Below are positions 40,075 to 48,615 of a DNA stretch of 64,000 bases, piece after piece; position 1 is the stretch's first letter, and the number at the start of each line of letters is the position of its first letter. The translations under genes and the position numbers were made by a program. The notes under the pieces were generated by a model, which was not told the origin of the DNA, did not search any database, and worked only from the letters and a program-made list of their open reading frames with translations. The stretch is from the sequence record KJ019142.1; one strand, 5' to 3'.

Positions 40075-40652
40075 CCAACATCTACTACAAACAACTAGAT
40101 AATAGAAACTTTATGAGTCCTATTGGATTCCAGTTTTCTATTGCTAGATATCCTAAAGTTTCTTTCTTTAGTAATAAAGCAGGACTACCTGAGATTCGTT
40201 TGGGTGGGGCAGAACAAGCCAACTATCTAAAACAAATTATGCACCCTGGAGACAGGGTAGAGTATGGTGAACTCAATATTGAGTTCCTAGTGGACGAAGA
40301 TATGTTGAACTATACTCTCATTCATAACTGGATTACTGGATTGGGATTCCCAGAGACTCCCCAACAATTCAAAGATATCACCACCAATCAAAAAGGTGAA
40401 GATGATATGAAGATCCAGTATAGTGATGGAACACTTGCTATTTTGAATAGTAACTATAATACTATTGCGAAAGTTAAGTTCTGGGATCTATACCCCACTT
40501 CACTATCAACTCTTGAGTTCTCTGCTACAGATGCTGATATCAATTACTTCATTGCAAGTACAACGTTCAGTTTCTTGTACTATCAGATCTTGGGTAAGGA
40601 TAATGAACCCCTAACTCCTGAATTTGTAAACCAATCATTGAATACTCGATGA
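40071..40652 (+). CDS. g3: Tail completion / tube terminator protein gp3
   Basis: NRNFMSPIGFQFSIARYPKVSFF; PGDRVEYGELNIEFLVDEDMLNY..IHNWITGLGFPE. Confidence 0.88.
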   Translation: MTNIYYKQLDNRNFMSPIGFQFSIARYPKVSFFSNKAGLPEIRLGGAEQANYLKQIMHPGDRVEYGELNIEFLVDEDMLNYTLIHNWITGLGFPETPQQFKDITTNQKGEDDMKIQYSDGTLAILNSNYNTIAKVKFWDLYPTSLSTLEFSATDADINYFIASTTFSFLYYQILGKDNEPLTPEFVNQSLNTR

Positions 40653-41083
40653 ACCTTGATGAACTTCAATCCATGTGGGAGCGTGACTCCAAGATGGATA
40701 TGGATAACTTACACGATGAATCACTAAAGATACCCCAACTTCACCAGAAATACTTTACCCTGTATACCACTACCAAACTTCTAAAGAAGAAGGCAGAGGA
40801 TACTATCAGTAAGGTGAGGTTGGAACGCCACAACTACTATAGTGGCAAAGCCCCCGCAGAGGTATATGTGGAGGAACCCTTTCCATATAAGGTAAGGGAC
40901 AAAGAATCTATGAACCTACACCTGAACGCAGATGAAAAACTGACGAAGGTGAAGTTGAAAATACAGTATTACGAAATGATGTTGGAGTATCTTGAGGATG
41001 TCCTCAGGATGATTCATGCACGTGGATACCAAATTAAAAACAGTATAGATTTCCTCCGGTTCCAAGCAGGGATCGGCATGTAA
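40649..41083 (+). CDS. uvsY: Recombination mediator UvsY
   Basis: W..DS.MD..NLHDESLKIPQLHQKY; RGYQIKNSIDFLRFQAG; located before uvsW. Confidence 0.9.
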   Translation: MNLDELQSMWERDSKMDMDNLHDESLKIPQLHQKYFTLYTTTKLLKKKAEDTISKVRLERHNYYSGKAPAEVYVEEPFPYKVRDKESMNLHLNADEKLTKVKLKIQYYEMMLEYLEDVLRMIHARGYQIKNSIDFLRFQAGIGM

Positions 41084-41088
41084 CAACT

Positions 41089-41277
41089 ATGAAACAATAC
41101 GACTACTCAGTAGATCTCACAATAGATGATGTAAAACTCATCCACCATTGTGTAACCAAGAGGATTGAAATGTGGGAGGGTTCTCCTGCACGTCCCCCAG
41201 AAGAACAAGAACACTTGTGGGCACTAAGGGATGGGTTTTTCACTATCATCCTAGAAGAAACATTTAATAGAAAGTAA
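41089..41277 (+). CDS. Small hypothetical protein
   Basis: Fills the uvsY-uvsW gap; includes WEGSPARPPEEQEHLWALRDGF. Confidence 0.65.
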   Translation: MKQYDYSVDLTIDDVKLIHHCVTKRIEMWEGSPARPPEEQEHLWALRDGFFTIILEETFNRK

Positions 41278-41324
41278 TACTATTTGATGGCATATACATA
41301 CTAATAGGTTATGCCTATTACATT

Positions 41325-42788
41325 ATGTCATCTGACTTGACTATAACCAAAGTTAATGAAGTATATTTAAAAGTAGATTGTGACCCTCATATTCAGTATG
41401 AGTTGAGGGATGCTTTCTGCTTTGAAGTTCCTGGTGCTAAATTCCATCCGTCATACAGAAAGAAGTTCTGGGATGGAAATATTCACCTGTTCTCACCACA
41501 GACTAGACAACTATACGTAGGTCTATTGGATAGACTGATTGCCTTCTGTGATCAGTATGGGTATACGTATGCCTTTAAAGATAATAAGTTCTATGGTCTC
41601 CCATATGAGATTAACGAGAACATCTCCCCAGAAGGGGTTACAGACTGGGTGAAGTCTATTACCAGTTATAAACCCCGTGACTACCAGTTGCATGGTATCT
41701 ACGCCGCTCTAAGGTCCAATAGGAAGTTGATTGTATCTCCTACTGCATCTGGTAAGTCATTAATGATCTATGCCTTGGTGGCATACTACACACAGAAACA
41801 CGAAAATATATTGATTGTTGTTCCTACTACATCTCTAGTGGAACAGATGTATAAGGATTTTGCAGACTACGGGTTTGATGTGGGAACGAACTGCCATAAG
41901 ATATACGCTGGTAGAGAAAACACAACAGATAAACAAGTAACTATTACAACCTGGCAGTCTATCTACAAGTTACCTAAGACATACTTTCAGAAGTATAGTG
42001 TAGTGATTGGGGATGAAGCACACAACTTTAAGTCTAAGTCTCTAGTATCCATTATGAGTAAGTTGTGTGATGCAAAGTATAGATATGGGTTCACAGGTAC
42101 TTTAGACGGGTCACAGACCCATAAGTGGGTGTTAGAGGGGTTGTTTGGTCCTTCATACAATACCATCAGAACAAAAGAGTTGATGGAGGCAGGTCATGTT
42201 GCTAAACTAGACATCAAAGTTCTTCTACTGAAACATGATGAACAAATCTTTCCAAGATTTGAGGATGAAATCCAATATCTAATTGGACATGAGAAGAGAA
42301 ACAAGTTTATCAGTAACTTATCTTTAGATCTAAAAGGTAACACTCTAGTTCTCTTTGCTAGGGTGGAGAAACACGGAGAGGTCCTCTACAATCTAATAAA
42401 TAGTAAGGCAGAAGAGGGTAGAAACGTCTTCTTCGTTCATGGTGGTGTTGATGTAGAGTCCAGAGAACAGGTACGAACTATTACTGAGAGGGAGAACAAT
42501 GCTATTATCATTGCCTCTTATGGAGTTTATAGTACGGGTATTAACATTAAAAACCTACACAACGTTATCTTTGCTTCCCCATCTAAGTCCAGGATCAGGA
42601 ACCTGCAATCGATTGGTAGGGTACTGAGAAAGGGAACAAATAAAGATAAGGCAATGTTATATGACATTGCTGATGACTGCACAAAAGGATCAAGAAGAAA
42701 CTACACACTTAATCATCTTATAGAGAGGATCAAGATTTACAACAATGAAAAGTTCAATTATGACATAGTAAATATCAATCTAAGGTAA
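41325..42788 (+). CDS. uvsW: SF2 helicase UvsW
   Basis: PRDYQ, SPTASGKS, DEAH, GFTGTL, RNLQSIGRVLRK. Confidence 0.96.
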   Translation: MSSDLTITKVNEVYLKVDCDPHIQYELRDAFCFEVPGAKFHPSYRKKFWDGNIHLFSPQTRQLYVGLLDRLIAFCDQYGYTYAFKDNKFYGLPYEINENISPEGVTDWVKSITSYKPRDYQLHGIYAALRSNRKLIVSPTASGKSLMIYALVAYYTQKHENILIVVPTTSLVEQMYKDFADYGFDVGTNCHKIYAGRENTTDKQVTITTWQSIYKLPKTYFQKYSVVIGDEAHNFKSKSLVSIMSKLCDAKYRYGFTGTLDGSQTHKWVLEGLFGPSYNTIRTKELMEAGHVAKLDIKVLLLKHDEQIFPRFEDEIQYLIGHEKRNKFISNLSLDLKGNTLVLFARVEKHGEVLYNLINSKAEEGRNVFFVHGGVDVESREQVRTITERENNAIIIASYGVYSTGINIKNLHNVIFASPSKSRIRNLQSIGRVLRKGTNKDKAMLYDIADDCTKGSRRNYTLNHLIERIKIYNNEKFNYDIVNINLR

Positions 42789-42792
42789 TCTT

Positions 42793-43197
42793 ATGAATGA
42801 GGTAAGACTAGCAGCAATCAAATTAGATAGTGGTGAAGAAATTATATGCTATGTCGTAGACGTAGTAGATAGGGGTTTGAATAAGAACCTTATAATTAAA
42901 GATCCACTTAAAGTTGAATATGTAGAAAGTACTAGAAAGAAAGCATATAAATTTACTCCATGGTTTCTACTAACTACAAGTAGGGAACATGAAATAGACA
43001 TGAATAAGATCTTTGCTATCACAGGTGTCTATGATGAAGAAGTTAAAAAAGAATACACTAAATCATTTCACTTACAAATTGGACCACATAGTTTCAACCA
43101 TACCAGTGAAACTGGTTATGTTGGATCAGTGAATAGGTTTAGAAAGCTTTTAGAAAAGATCTATAAGGAGGTGCCAAGTTCTCCTGATGAATGCTAA
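42793..43197 (+). CDS. Conserved hypothetical protein (Sm-like fold suspected)
   Basis: AIKLDSGEEII...IIKDPL...FTPW; usual position between uvsW and g55. Confidence 0.7.
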   Translation: MNEVRLAAIKLDSGEEIICYVVDVVDRGLNKNLIIKDPLKVEYVESTRKKAYKFTPWFLLTTSREHEIDMNKIFAITGVYDEEVKKEYTKSFHLQIGPHSFNHTSETGYVGSVNRFRKLLEKIYKEVPSSPDEC

Positions 43198-43224
43198 GCG
43201 ACCCCTTTTCAACTCCACAAGAGT

Positions 43225-43253
43225 ATTATAACGACCACCTGTTCAAATGGCAA
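43225..43253 (-). promoter_or_regulatory. Minus-strand sigma70-type promoter TTGCCA-N17-TATAAT
   Basis: Reverse complement of 43248-43253 is TTGCCA and of 43225-43230 is TATAAT; the spacer is exactly 17 nt. Confidence 0.7.
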
Positions 43254-43276
43254 GTATGAACCCCAAGGTATTCGTG

Positions 43277-43285
43277 TGTTATAAT
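43277..43285 (+). promoter_or_regulatory. Extended -10 promoter for g55 (TGTTATAAT)
   Basis: 30 nt upstream of the g55 ATG. Confidence 0.7.
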
Positions 43286-43315
43286 ATAAACATACTCAGA
43301 TCCTAAGGAAATGAC

Positions 43316-43792
43316 ATGGCAAAGGCTAAATCGGAACACTACGTAAACAATAAAGAGTTGCTAGCAGCACTCATCGATTATCGTGATAGGTTGGATATCG
43401 CAAGAAGAAGAGATTTACCTAAACCACGTATCAGTAACTACGTAGGAGAGTGTTTCCTTAAGATTGCCACTCACCTTTCATACAAACCCAACTTCGTTAA
43501 CTACATGTTCCGTGAGGACATGATCTCGGATGGTATCGAGAACTGCGTACAATACATTCACAACTTTGACCCTAATAAGTCCAGAAACCCCTTTGCTTAC
43601 TTCACTCAGATCATCCACTATGCTTTTCTGCGTAGGATCCAAAGAGAGAAGAGACAACTAGACATCAAGAACAAGATTGTCGAGAAGACTGGTTTTGAGT
43701 CTCTGATGACAAGTGACACTAACTTGACAAACGAGTATAGGAACGACTATAATGCCATCAGGGAAAACATTATTAACAAACTGAACTCATGA
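43316..43792 (+). CDS. g55: Late-transcription sigma factor gp55
   Basis: EHYVNNKELL; YVGECFLKIATHLSYKPNFVNYMFREDMISDGIENC; NPFAYFTQIIHYAFLRRIQREK. Confidence 0.97.
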   Translation: MAKAKSEHYVNNKELLAALIDYRDRLDIARRRDLPKPRISNYVGECFLKIATHLSYKPNFVNYMFREDMISDGIENCVQYIHNFDPNKSRNPFAYFTQIIHYAFLRRIQREKRQLDIKNKIVEKTGFESLMTSDTNLTNEYRNDYNAIRENIINKLNS

Positions 43793-43953
43793 ATCAGTAC
43801 CCCACATCGTCTGATAATAGAAGGAATGATGCACATCAAGAAGGCAGAACAACTTATATTAGTGAATCTGACTGCAAGGAATGTGGGTGTGTAGTCAAAC
43901 TCGTATGGTCCAATAGGTGTCATTTCTGCACCATCAATAAATCAAACTCATAA
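43789..43953 (+). CDS. 54-aa Cys-rich zinc-ribbon-like peptide (not in the ORF track)
   Basis: ATGA overlap with the g55 stop; MNQYPTSSDNRRNDAHQEGRTTYISESDCKECGCVVKLVWSNRCHFCTINKSNS. Confidence 0.6.
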   Translation: MNQYPTSSDNRRNDAHQEGRTTYISESDCKECGCVVKLVWSNRCHFCTINKSNS

Positions 43954-43968
43954 AGGGAACAAACTAGA

Positions 43969-45018
43969 ATGGCATTGATCGCAGTTATCACGGATACTCA
44001 TTATGGGGCGAGAAAAGGTGCTCAGTATCTTCATGATCACTTTGAGAAGTTCTACTCTGAGGTATTCTTCCCCACACTAAAGGAGAGAGGTGTTAAAACC
44101 ATTCTCCACATGGGTGACGCCTTTGATAGTAGGAAGTCTATTGGGTTTGAGGTACTCAACTGGGCAAAGAGAGTTGTATTCGATCCTATGGCAGAATACG
44201 ATGTACATATGATCGTGGGAAATCATGATTGTTATTACAAATCTACCAACAGAACTAACTCTCCAGACCTACTACTCAAAGACTACGACAATATCACCAC
44301 CTATCATAGACCTACAGAGGTAACTCTAGAGGGTATGGATACACTCCTACTCCCTTGGATTTGTGATGACAACAGGGAAGAGTCCCTGAAGATGATCAAG
44401 TCTTCCAAGTCTAAGTTTGCTGCTGGTCACTTAGAACTAGATGGGTTTGAGGCATATAGGGGACATACTTACAGAGATGGTAAGTTGGACAATGGAGTAT
44501 TCAATAACTTCGATAAAGTATTCTCTGGACACTTCCATACTCGTTCAGACAACGGAAAGATCTTCTATGTGGGTAACCCCTATGAGATGTTCTGGAATGA
44601 TGTAAATGATCCCAGAGGGTTTGTTCTACTGGATACTGAAACTCTAGAGGTTGAGTATATCAACAATCCACATACCCTTTTCTCCGTTATCTACTATGAA
44701 GATACCAACTATAAACTCTTCAATGCCAAAGAGTATGAAGGTAAGATTGTAAAGGTTATTGTCAGAAAGAATACTGACAGGAAACTCTTTGATAAGTTTC
44801 TAGACAAACTTATGAAGACCAATATCCTAGACATGAAGATCGTAGAGAACTTCAATATTCAGGAGGGGGAGGACTTCCAGGTAGAAGATATCGAAGAGAA
44901 CACCCTATCAATTCTCAACCGATATGTAGATGAAGCAGACTATGAAGATAGTTCTATTCAGAAAGATGATATTAAGAATCTTATCTCTCAAATCTACCGA
45001 GAGGCATGTGAGGTATGA
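43969..45018 (+). CDS. g47: Recombination endonuclease gp47 (Mre11/SbcD-like)
   Basis: Metallophosphoesterase motifs TDTHYG, HMGDAFD, VGNHD, FSGHFH. Confidence 0.96.
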   Translation: MALIAVITDTHYGARKGAQYLHDHFEKFYSEVFFPTLKERGVKTILHMGDAFDSRKSIGFEVLNWAKRVVFDPMAEYDVHMIVGNHDCYYKSTNRTNSPDLLLKDYDNITTYHRPTEVTLEGMDTLLLPWICDDNREESLKMIKSSKSKFAAGHLELDGFEAYRGHTYRDGKLDNGVFNNFDKVFSGHFHTRSDNGKIFYVGNPYEMFWNDVNDPRGFVLLDTETLEVEYINNPHTLFSVIYYEDTNYKLFNAKEYEGKIVKVIVRKNTDRKLFDKFLDKLMKTNILDMKIVENFNIQEGEDFQVEDIEENTLSILNRYVDEADYEDSSIQKDDIKNLISQIYREACEV

Positions 45019-45308
45019 GAGACGCATGTTATATCATTACTGCATCAGAAGCAAAGGGTATGGATGTATACACCATCAAATCTGAGGGTGTGAAGAATGT
45101 TCTAATCTTTGAGAAAGGTGAAGACGCTGAGAGGTATGTTATAATGTTGAATGAAGATGAAGGATACATTGTGGGTGAAACACTAGAACTGGAAGTTTTT
45201 GAGGTTCCACTATCTGCCGTGGTAGAATCCCTGAACGAGAAAGGTTATAGTTACATCTATGTGAAACCCGATGACCTGTTTATTCCACCTGATGCCAAGA
45301 AAGTTTAA
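45015..45308 (+). CDS. Hypothetical protein (DUF3110-like suspected)
   Basis: ATGA overlap; VLIFEKGEDAERYVIML...YIYVKPDDLFIPP. Confidence 0.6.
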   Translation: MRDACYIITASEAKGMDVYTIKSEGVKNVLIFEKGEDAERYVIMLNEDEGYIVGETLELEVFEVPLSAVVESLNEKGYSYIYVKPDDLFIPPDAKKV

Positions 45309-45323
45309 TCTTTCTAAAAGGTA

Positions 45324-45337
45324 TGTTATAATAAATA
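45324..45337 (+). promoter_or_regulatory. Overlapping extended -10 (TGTTATAAT) and late (ATAAATA) promoters for the endonuclease
   Basis: TATAAT at 45327-45332; ATAAATA at 45331-45337. Confidence 0.6.
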
Positions 45338-45360
45338 ATAAGGAATAAACAGGAGTTGTT

Positions 45361-45924
45361 ATGCCCTTCCAGAAACACCATATGATTCCTAAACATTCAG
45401 GATATTTTGGTTATCTGGAAGAGTATAAAGAGAATCCACTATACAAGGTGGATTTAACACCAGAGGGGCACGCCTGCCAGCATGATATTCTATACAGAGT
45501 ATTTGGAAATAAGTTTGATAAGATTGCCTGTAATGGTATGAGGGGTGATGATGATATTAGAAGGCAAGTTTATAGTGAAGCGGGAAAGAGAGGCGGTAGA
45601 GCAAAACCATCCCGCGAATCTGTGGAGAAGATAAGAGAATCCAAGAGGGGCACAAAACACACAGAAGAAACTAAAAGAAAGATGAGTGAGACACATATGG
45701 GTGTGAAGAAACCACCTATGAGTGAGACACACAGAGAGAATATCTCAAAGAGTTTGGTTGGAAACACCCGCAGAAGAGACGGGAAGAAAACTTGGAAACC
45801 AGATGAAGATTATAAGAAGAGAATGAGTGAGATACTCAAAGGGAAAAAGAAACCACCATTCTCAGCAGAGCATAAGAGAAAGTTAAGTGAGGCGGCAAAG
45901 CGACGCAAAAAGAAGAATGTGTGA
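45361..45924 (+). mobile_element. Free-standing HNH-type homing endonuclease with NUMOD3 repeats
   Basis: KHHMIPKH...LTPEGHACQH nuclease-like motif, followed by four (H/S)xEExKRKMSE-type repeats (HTEETKRKMSE, MSETHRENISK, DEDYKKRMSE, FSAEHKRKLSE). Confidence 0.8.
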
Positions 45925-45930
45925 TATAAT
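45922..45930 (+). promoter_or_regulatory. Extended -10 promoter (TGATATAAT) upstream of g46
   Basis: TGn plus TATAAT 28 nt before the ATG. Confidence 0.55.
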
Positions 45931-45958
45931 AGAGGTGACTTAGCGGTAGTTTCCATAA

Positions 45959-47686
45959 ATGTTGCTGTTTAAAAAACTGAGATGGCAAAACTTCCTATCA
46001 ACTGGGGATAAAGGCATTGAAGTTGATTTCCAGATGAATAATACTAATCTTATCATTGGAAGTAATGGAGCGGGCAAATCTACTCTATTAGATGCTCTCA
46101 CCTTTGTCCTATTCAACAAAGCGTTTAGGCGTGTGTCAAAACCTCAACTAGTCAATAGTATCACTGAGAAGAAGTGTGTAGTTGAGATTGAGTTTGAAAC
46201 AAACAATAAGAACTACTTGGTTCGTCGTGGAATCAAACCTAATGTATTTGATATCGTAGTAGATGGGAAACTATTAGACAAGCGTGGTGATGACAGGGAT
46301 AACCAGAAACTATTAGAAGAGAATATTCTTAAGGTTAATTATAAATCATTCACTCAGGTGATTATCCTTGGGGCATCTACTTTCGTCCCCTTTATGCAAC
46401 TCACTGCCTCCAATCGTAGAGATGTGATTGAGGATCTACTAGACATCCGTGTATTTAGTCAGATGTCAGGTATCGTCAAGGATCGTATCAGGCAACTCCG
46501 TGAAGATATCAAGATTCTAGATCTCAAGAGGGGATCTCTTAGAGATAAGTCTGAGATGCAGAAGAACTTTATCAATGAGATTACTAAGAAGGGTGAGAGT
46601 AATATTGAATCCAAAGGAGAGAAGATCAAGACTCTATTGTTTGAGAAGCAAACTCTAGAAACCGAGAATATCACAACTCTAACTAAACTGAAAGAACTTC
46701 AGGATGAGTTGGAGGGACTAGAGGATGCTTCTGATAAACTACGTAAGTTGGGTAGTCTAAGGGGTAAGATTTCCCAGAAGATTACTACACTCACTAAGGA
46801 ACACAAGTTCTTCAAAGACAATGCTTCCTGTCCTACCTGTACTCAGGATATTGATGAAGAGTTTCGTAGTGTCAGACTAAGTGAGTTGGGTGACAAAGCA
46901 AAGGAGATGAACAAAGGGTTTAAAGAACTAGAAGATACTATTGAACGAGAAGAGAACCGAGAGAATGAGTTTAAGAGTATCTCCAAACAGATTCTAGAAC
47001 TCAACACCCAGGTAAGTACCAATAATACAAAGAACACCAGTATCAGTATGAATATTGGTGATCTCGAAAGTGAGATTGGATCTATCAGGCACTCCATTGA
47101 TAACCAAACAGAGGAGAAAGAGAAACTAGATCGTTTTCAAGATGACCTGAGTCGAGTATTTGATACCCTCTCCACTAGAAACTCTGAGATGGATAACAAT
47201 AAGTTTGTCTATGAGTTACTGAAAGATGGTGGAGTGAAGACTAATATCATCCGCAAGTACATCCCCTTCATCAACAAACAGGTGAATAGGTATCTCCAGA
47301 TGATGGAGTTCTATATTAACTTCGAGTTAGATGAAGAGTTTAATGAGACTGTAGTATCACCTATTCATGAGAACTTCTCATACTCTTCCTTCTCTGAGGG
47401 TGAGAAGATGAGAATTGACTTGGCACTTCTATTCACCTGGAGAGAAGTTGCTAGGGTTAGAAACTCTGTGAATACAAACCTCCTAATTATGGATGAGGTG
47501 TTTGATAGTTCTCTAGATGGTTTTGGAACAGAAGAGTTCCTCAAAATCATCAGATATGTTGTCCAAGATGCTAATGTATTCATAATTAGTCACAAACAAG
47601 AACTCCACGAACGTTTCGATAGTGTTCTACGATTTGAAAAGGATAGAGGGTTCTCCAAACTAACTCTAAATAAAACAAACGATTAA
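45959..47686 (+). CDS. g46: Recombination ATPase gp46 (Rad50/SbcC-like)
   Basis: Walker A GSNGAGKS, zinc hook CPTC, signature FSEGEK, Walker B LLIMDEVFDSSLD. Confidence 0.97.
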   Translation: MLLFKKLRWQNFLSTGDKGIEVDFQMNNTNLIIGSNGAGKSTLLDALTFVLFNKAFRRVSKPQLVNSITEKKCVVEIEFETNNKNYLVRRGIKPNVFDIVVDGKLLDKRGDDRDNQKLLEENILKVNYKSFTQVIILGASTFVPFMQLTASNRRDVIEDLLDIRVFSQMSGIVKDRIRQLREDIKILDLKRGSLRDKSEMQKNFINEITKKGESNIESKGEKIKTLLFEKQTLETENITTLTKLKELQDELEGLEDASDKLRKLGSLRGKISQKITTLTKEHKFFKDNASCPTCTQDIDEEFRSVRLSELGDKAKEMNKGFKELEDTIEREENRENEFKSISKQILELNTQVSTNNTKNTSISMNIGDLESEIGSIRHSIDNQTEEKEKLDRFQDDLSRVFDTLSTRNSEMDNNKFVYELLKDGGVKTNIIRKYIPFINKQVNRYLQMMEFYINFELDEEFNETVVSPIHENFSYSSFSEGEKMRIDLALLFTWREVARVRNSVNTNLLIMDEVFDSSLDGFGTEEFLKIIRYVVQDANVFIISHKQELHERFDSVLRFEKDRGFSKLTLNKTND

Positions 47687-47691
47687 ATCTT

Positions 47692-47820
47692 ATGAAAAGG
47701 TTCTTGTTATTTGGTGCTATATTCGCACTAGTTGGTGCTGGACTATCACATGGTCAGTTTCACCTCTACAACTCTTCTGTTCCACATGTTCATGAAAATG
47801 GAGTAATTCATTCACACTAA
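47692..47820 (+). CDS. 42-aa peptide: signal/TM helix plus His-rich tail (not in the ORF track)
   Basis: MKRFLLFGAIFALVGAGLSHGQFHLYNSSVPHVHENGVIHSH; CTAAATA at 47666 upstream. Confidence 0.65.
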   Translation: MKRFLLFGAIFALVGAGLSHGQFHLYNSSVPHVHENGVIHSH

Positions 47821-47824
47821 TATT

Positions 47825-48547
47825 ATGCAAGGTCTAGATCTAGTTATTGAATACCCAAACGTATTTCCCGATGATCTATGTGATGAGATGATCGAGAGGT
47901 TTGAGGAGGATGATAGGAAAAGTAAGGGACATAACGGCTCCTTTGGACCTGAATTTACAACAGATAAGGTATCAATAGACCTATACTATACAGGACTACC
48001 CGAATGGGTTGATATTGATACTAAATCATTTGAGTTAATAACACCCTATGTTGCGGAATATGTGAATTTATTGAGTGATAACTTCCACATGAAGGAAACT
48101 GCTTTTATAAATGACCAGGGATATCAGATACAGAGAACTGATCCTGGTGGTTTCTTTAGTTGGCACTGTGACCATACTTCATATCCAATACTAGACCAAC
48201 GCCTTATCAATACGCAGGGTGGTGATTCATATTGTATTCGTGATAGGATAGCTACCTATATCATATACTTAAATGACAGAACTGGACTATCTGATGGAGT
48301 TACAGAGTTTGGGTTTGGTGATAACTTGAAGACAGTCACTGCAGAAAAAGGAAAACTCATCATGTTTCCTGCTAACATTTTATATCCACATAGGGGAACT
48401 ACCCTGGAAAACGGAGTAAAATACTTAATGACAGGTTGGGTAGTCCGTGACGCAGTGATGAGATCTGAAATTTCACCACAAGATTATGAAGAAAGGTTTG
48501 AGAGATACGAGAGGATGCCCTATCTCACTCCAGTGGACAATCGATAA
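47825..48547 (+). CDS. 2OG-Fe(II) oxygenase (prolyl-hydroxylase-like)
   Basis: WHCD (HxD), YIIYLND, G.TEF, MFPA...YPHRG, KYLMTGW. Confidence 0.88.
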   Translation: MQGLDLVIEYPNVFPDDLCDEMIERFEEDDRKSKGHNGSFGPEFTTDKVSIDLYYTGLPEWVDIDTKSFELITPYVAEYVNLLSDNFHMKETAFINDQGYQIQRTDPGGFFSWHCDHTSYPILDQRLINTQGGDSYCIRDRIATYIIYLNDRTGLSDGVTEFGFGDNLKTVTAEKGKLIMFPANILYPHRGTTLENGVKYLMTGWVVRDAVMRSEISPQDYEERFERYERMPYLTPVDNR

Positions 48548-48555
48548 ACTGTCCA

Positions 48556-48579
48556 CCCCCACCAGTCATGGGGGTTTTT
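48556..48579 (+). terminator. Terminator-like hairpin
   Basis: CCCCCA-ccagtca-TGGGGG followed by TTTTT. Confidence 0.7.
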
Positions 48580-48615
48580 CTATGCCATAATAGGTTCATA
48601 CCAAGGGAAACACCT

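Noticed and set aside
37718-40652. Absence of g24 (vertex protein) after g23
   Set aside because: Normal for cyanophage T4-like genomes.
41302-41320. TAATAGG/CCTATTA hairpin before uvsW
   Set aside because: A short AT-rich stem that does not clearly cover an SD, with no T-tail; too weak to call.
48568-48615. Track start of the 730-aa ORF
   Set aside because: The region overlaps a terminator and promoter; the ATG at 48616 after AAGGGA is the better start.
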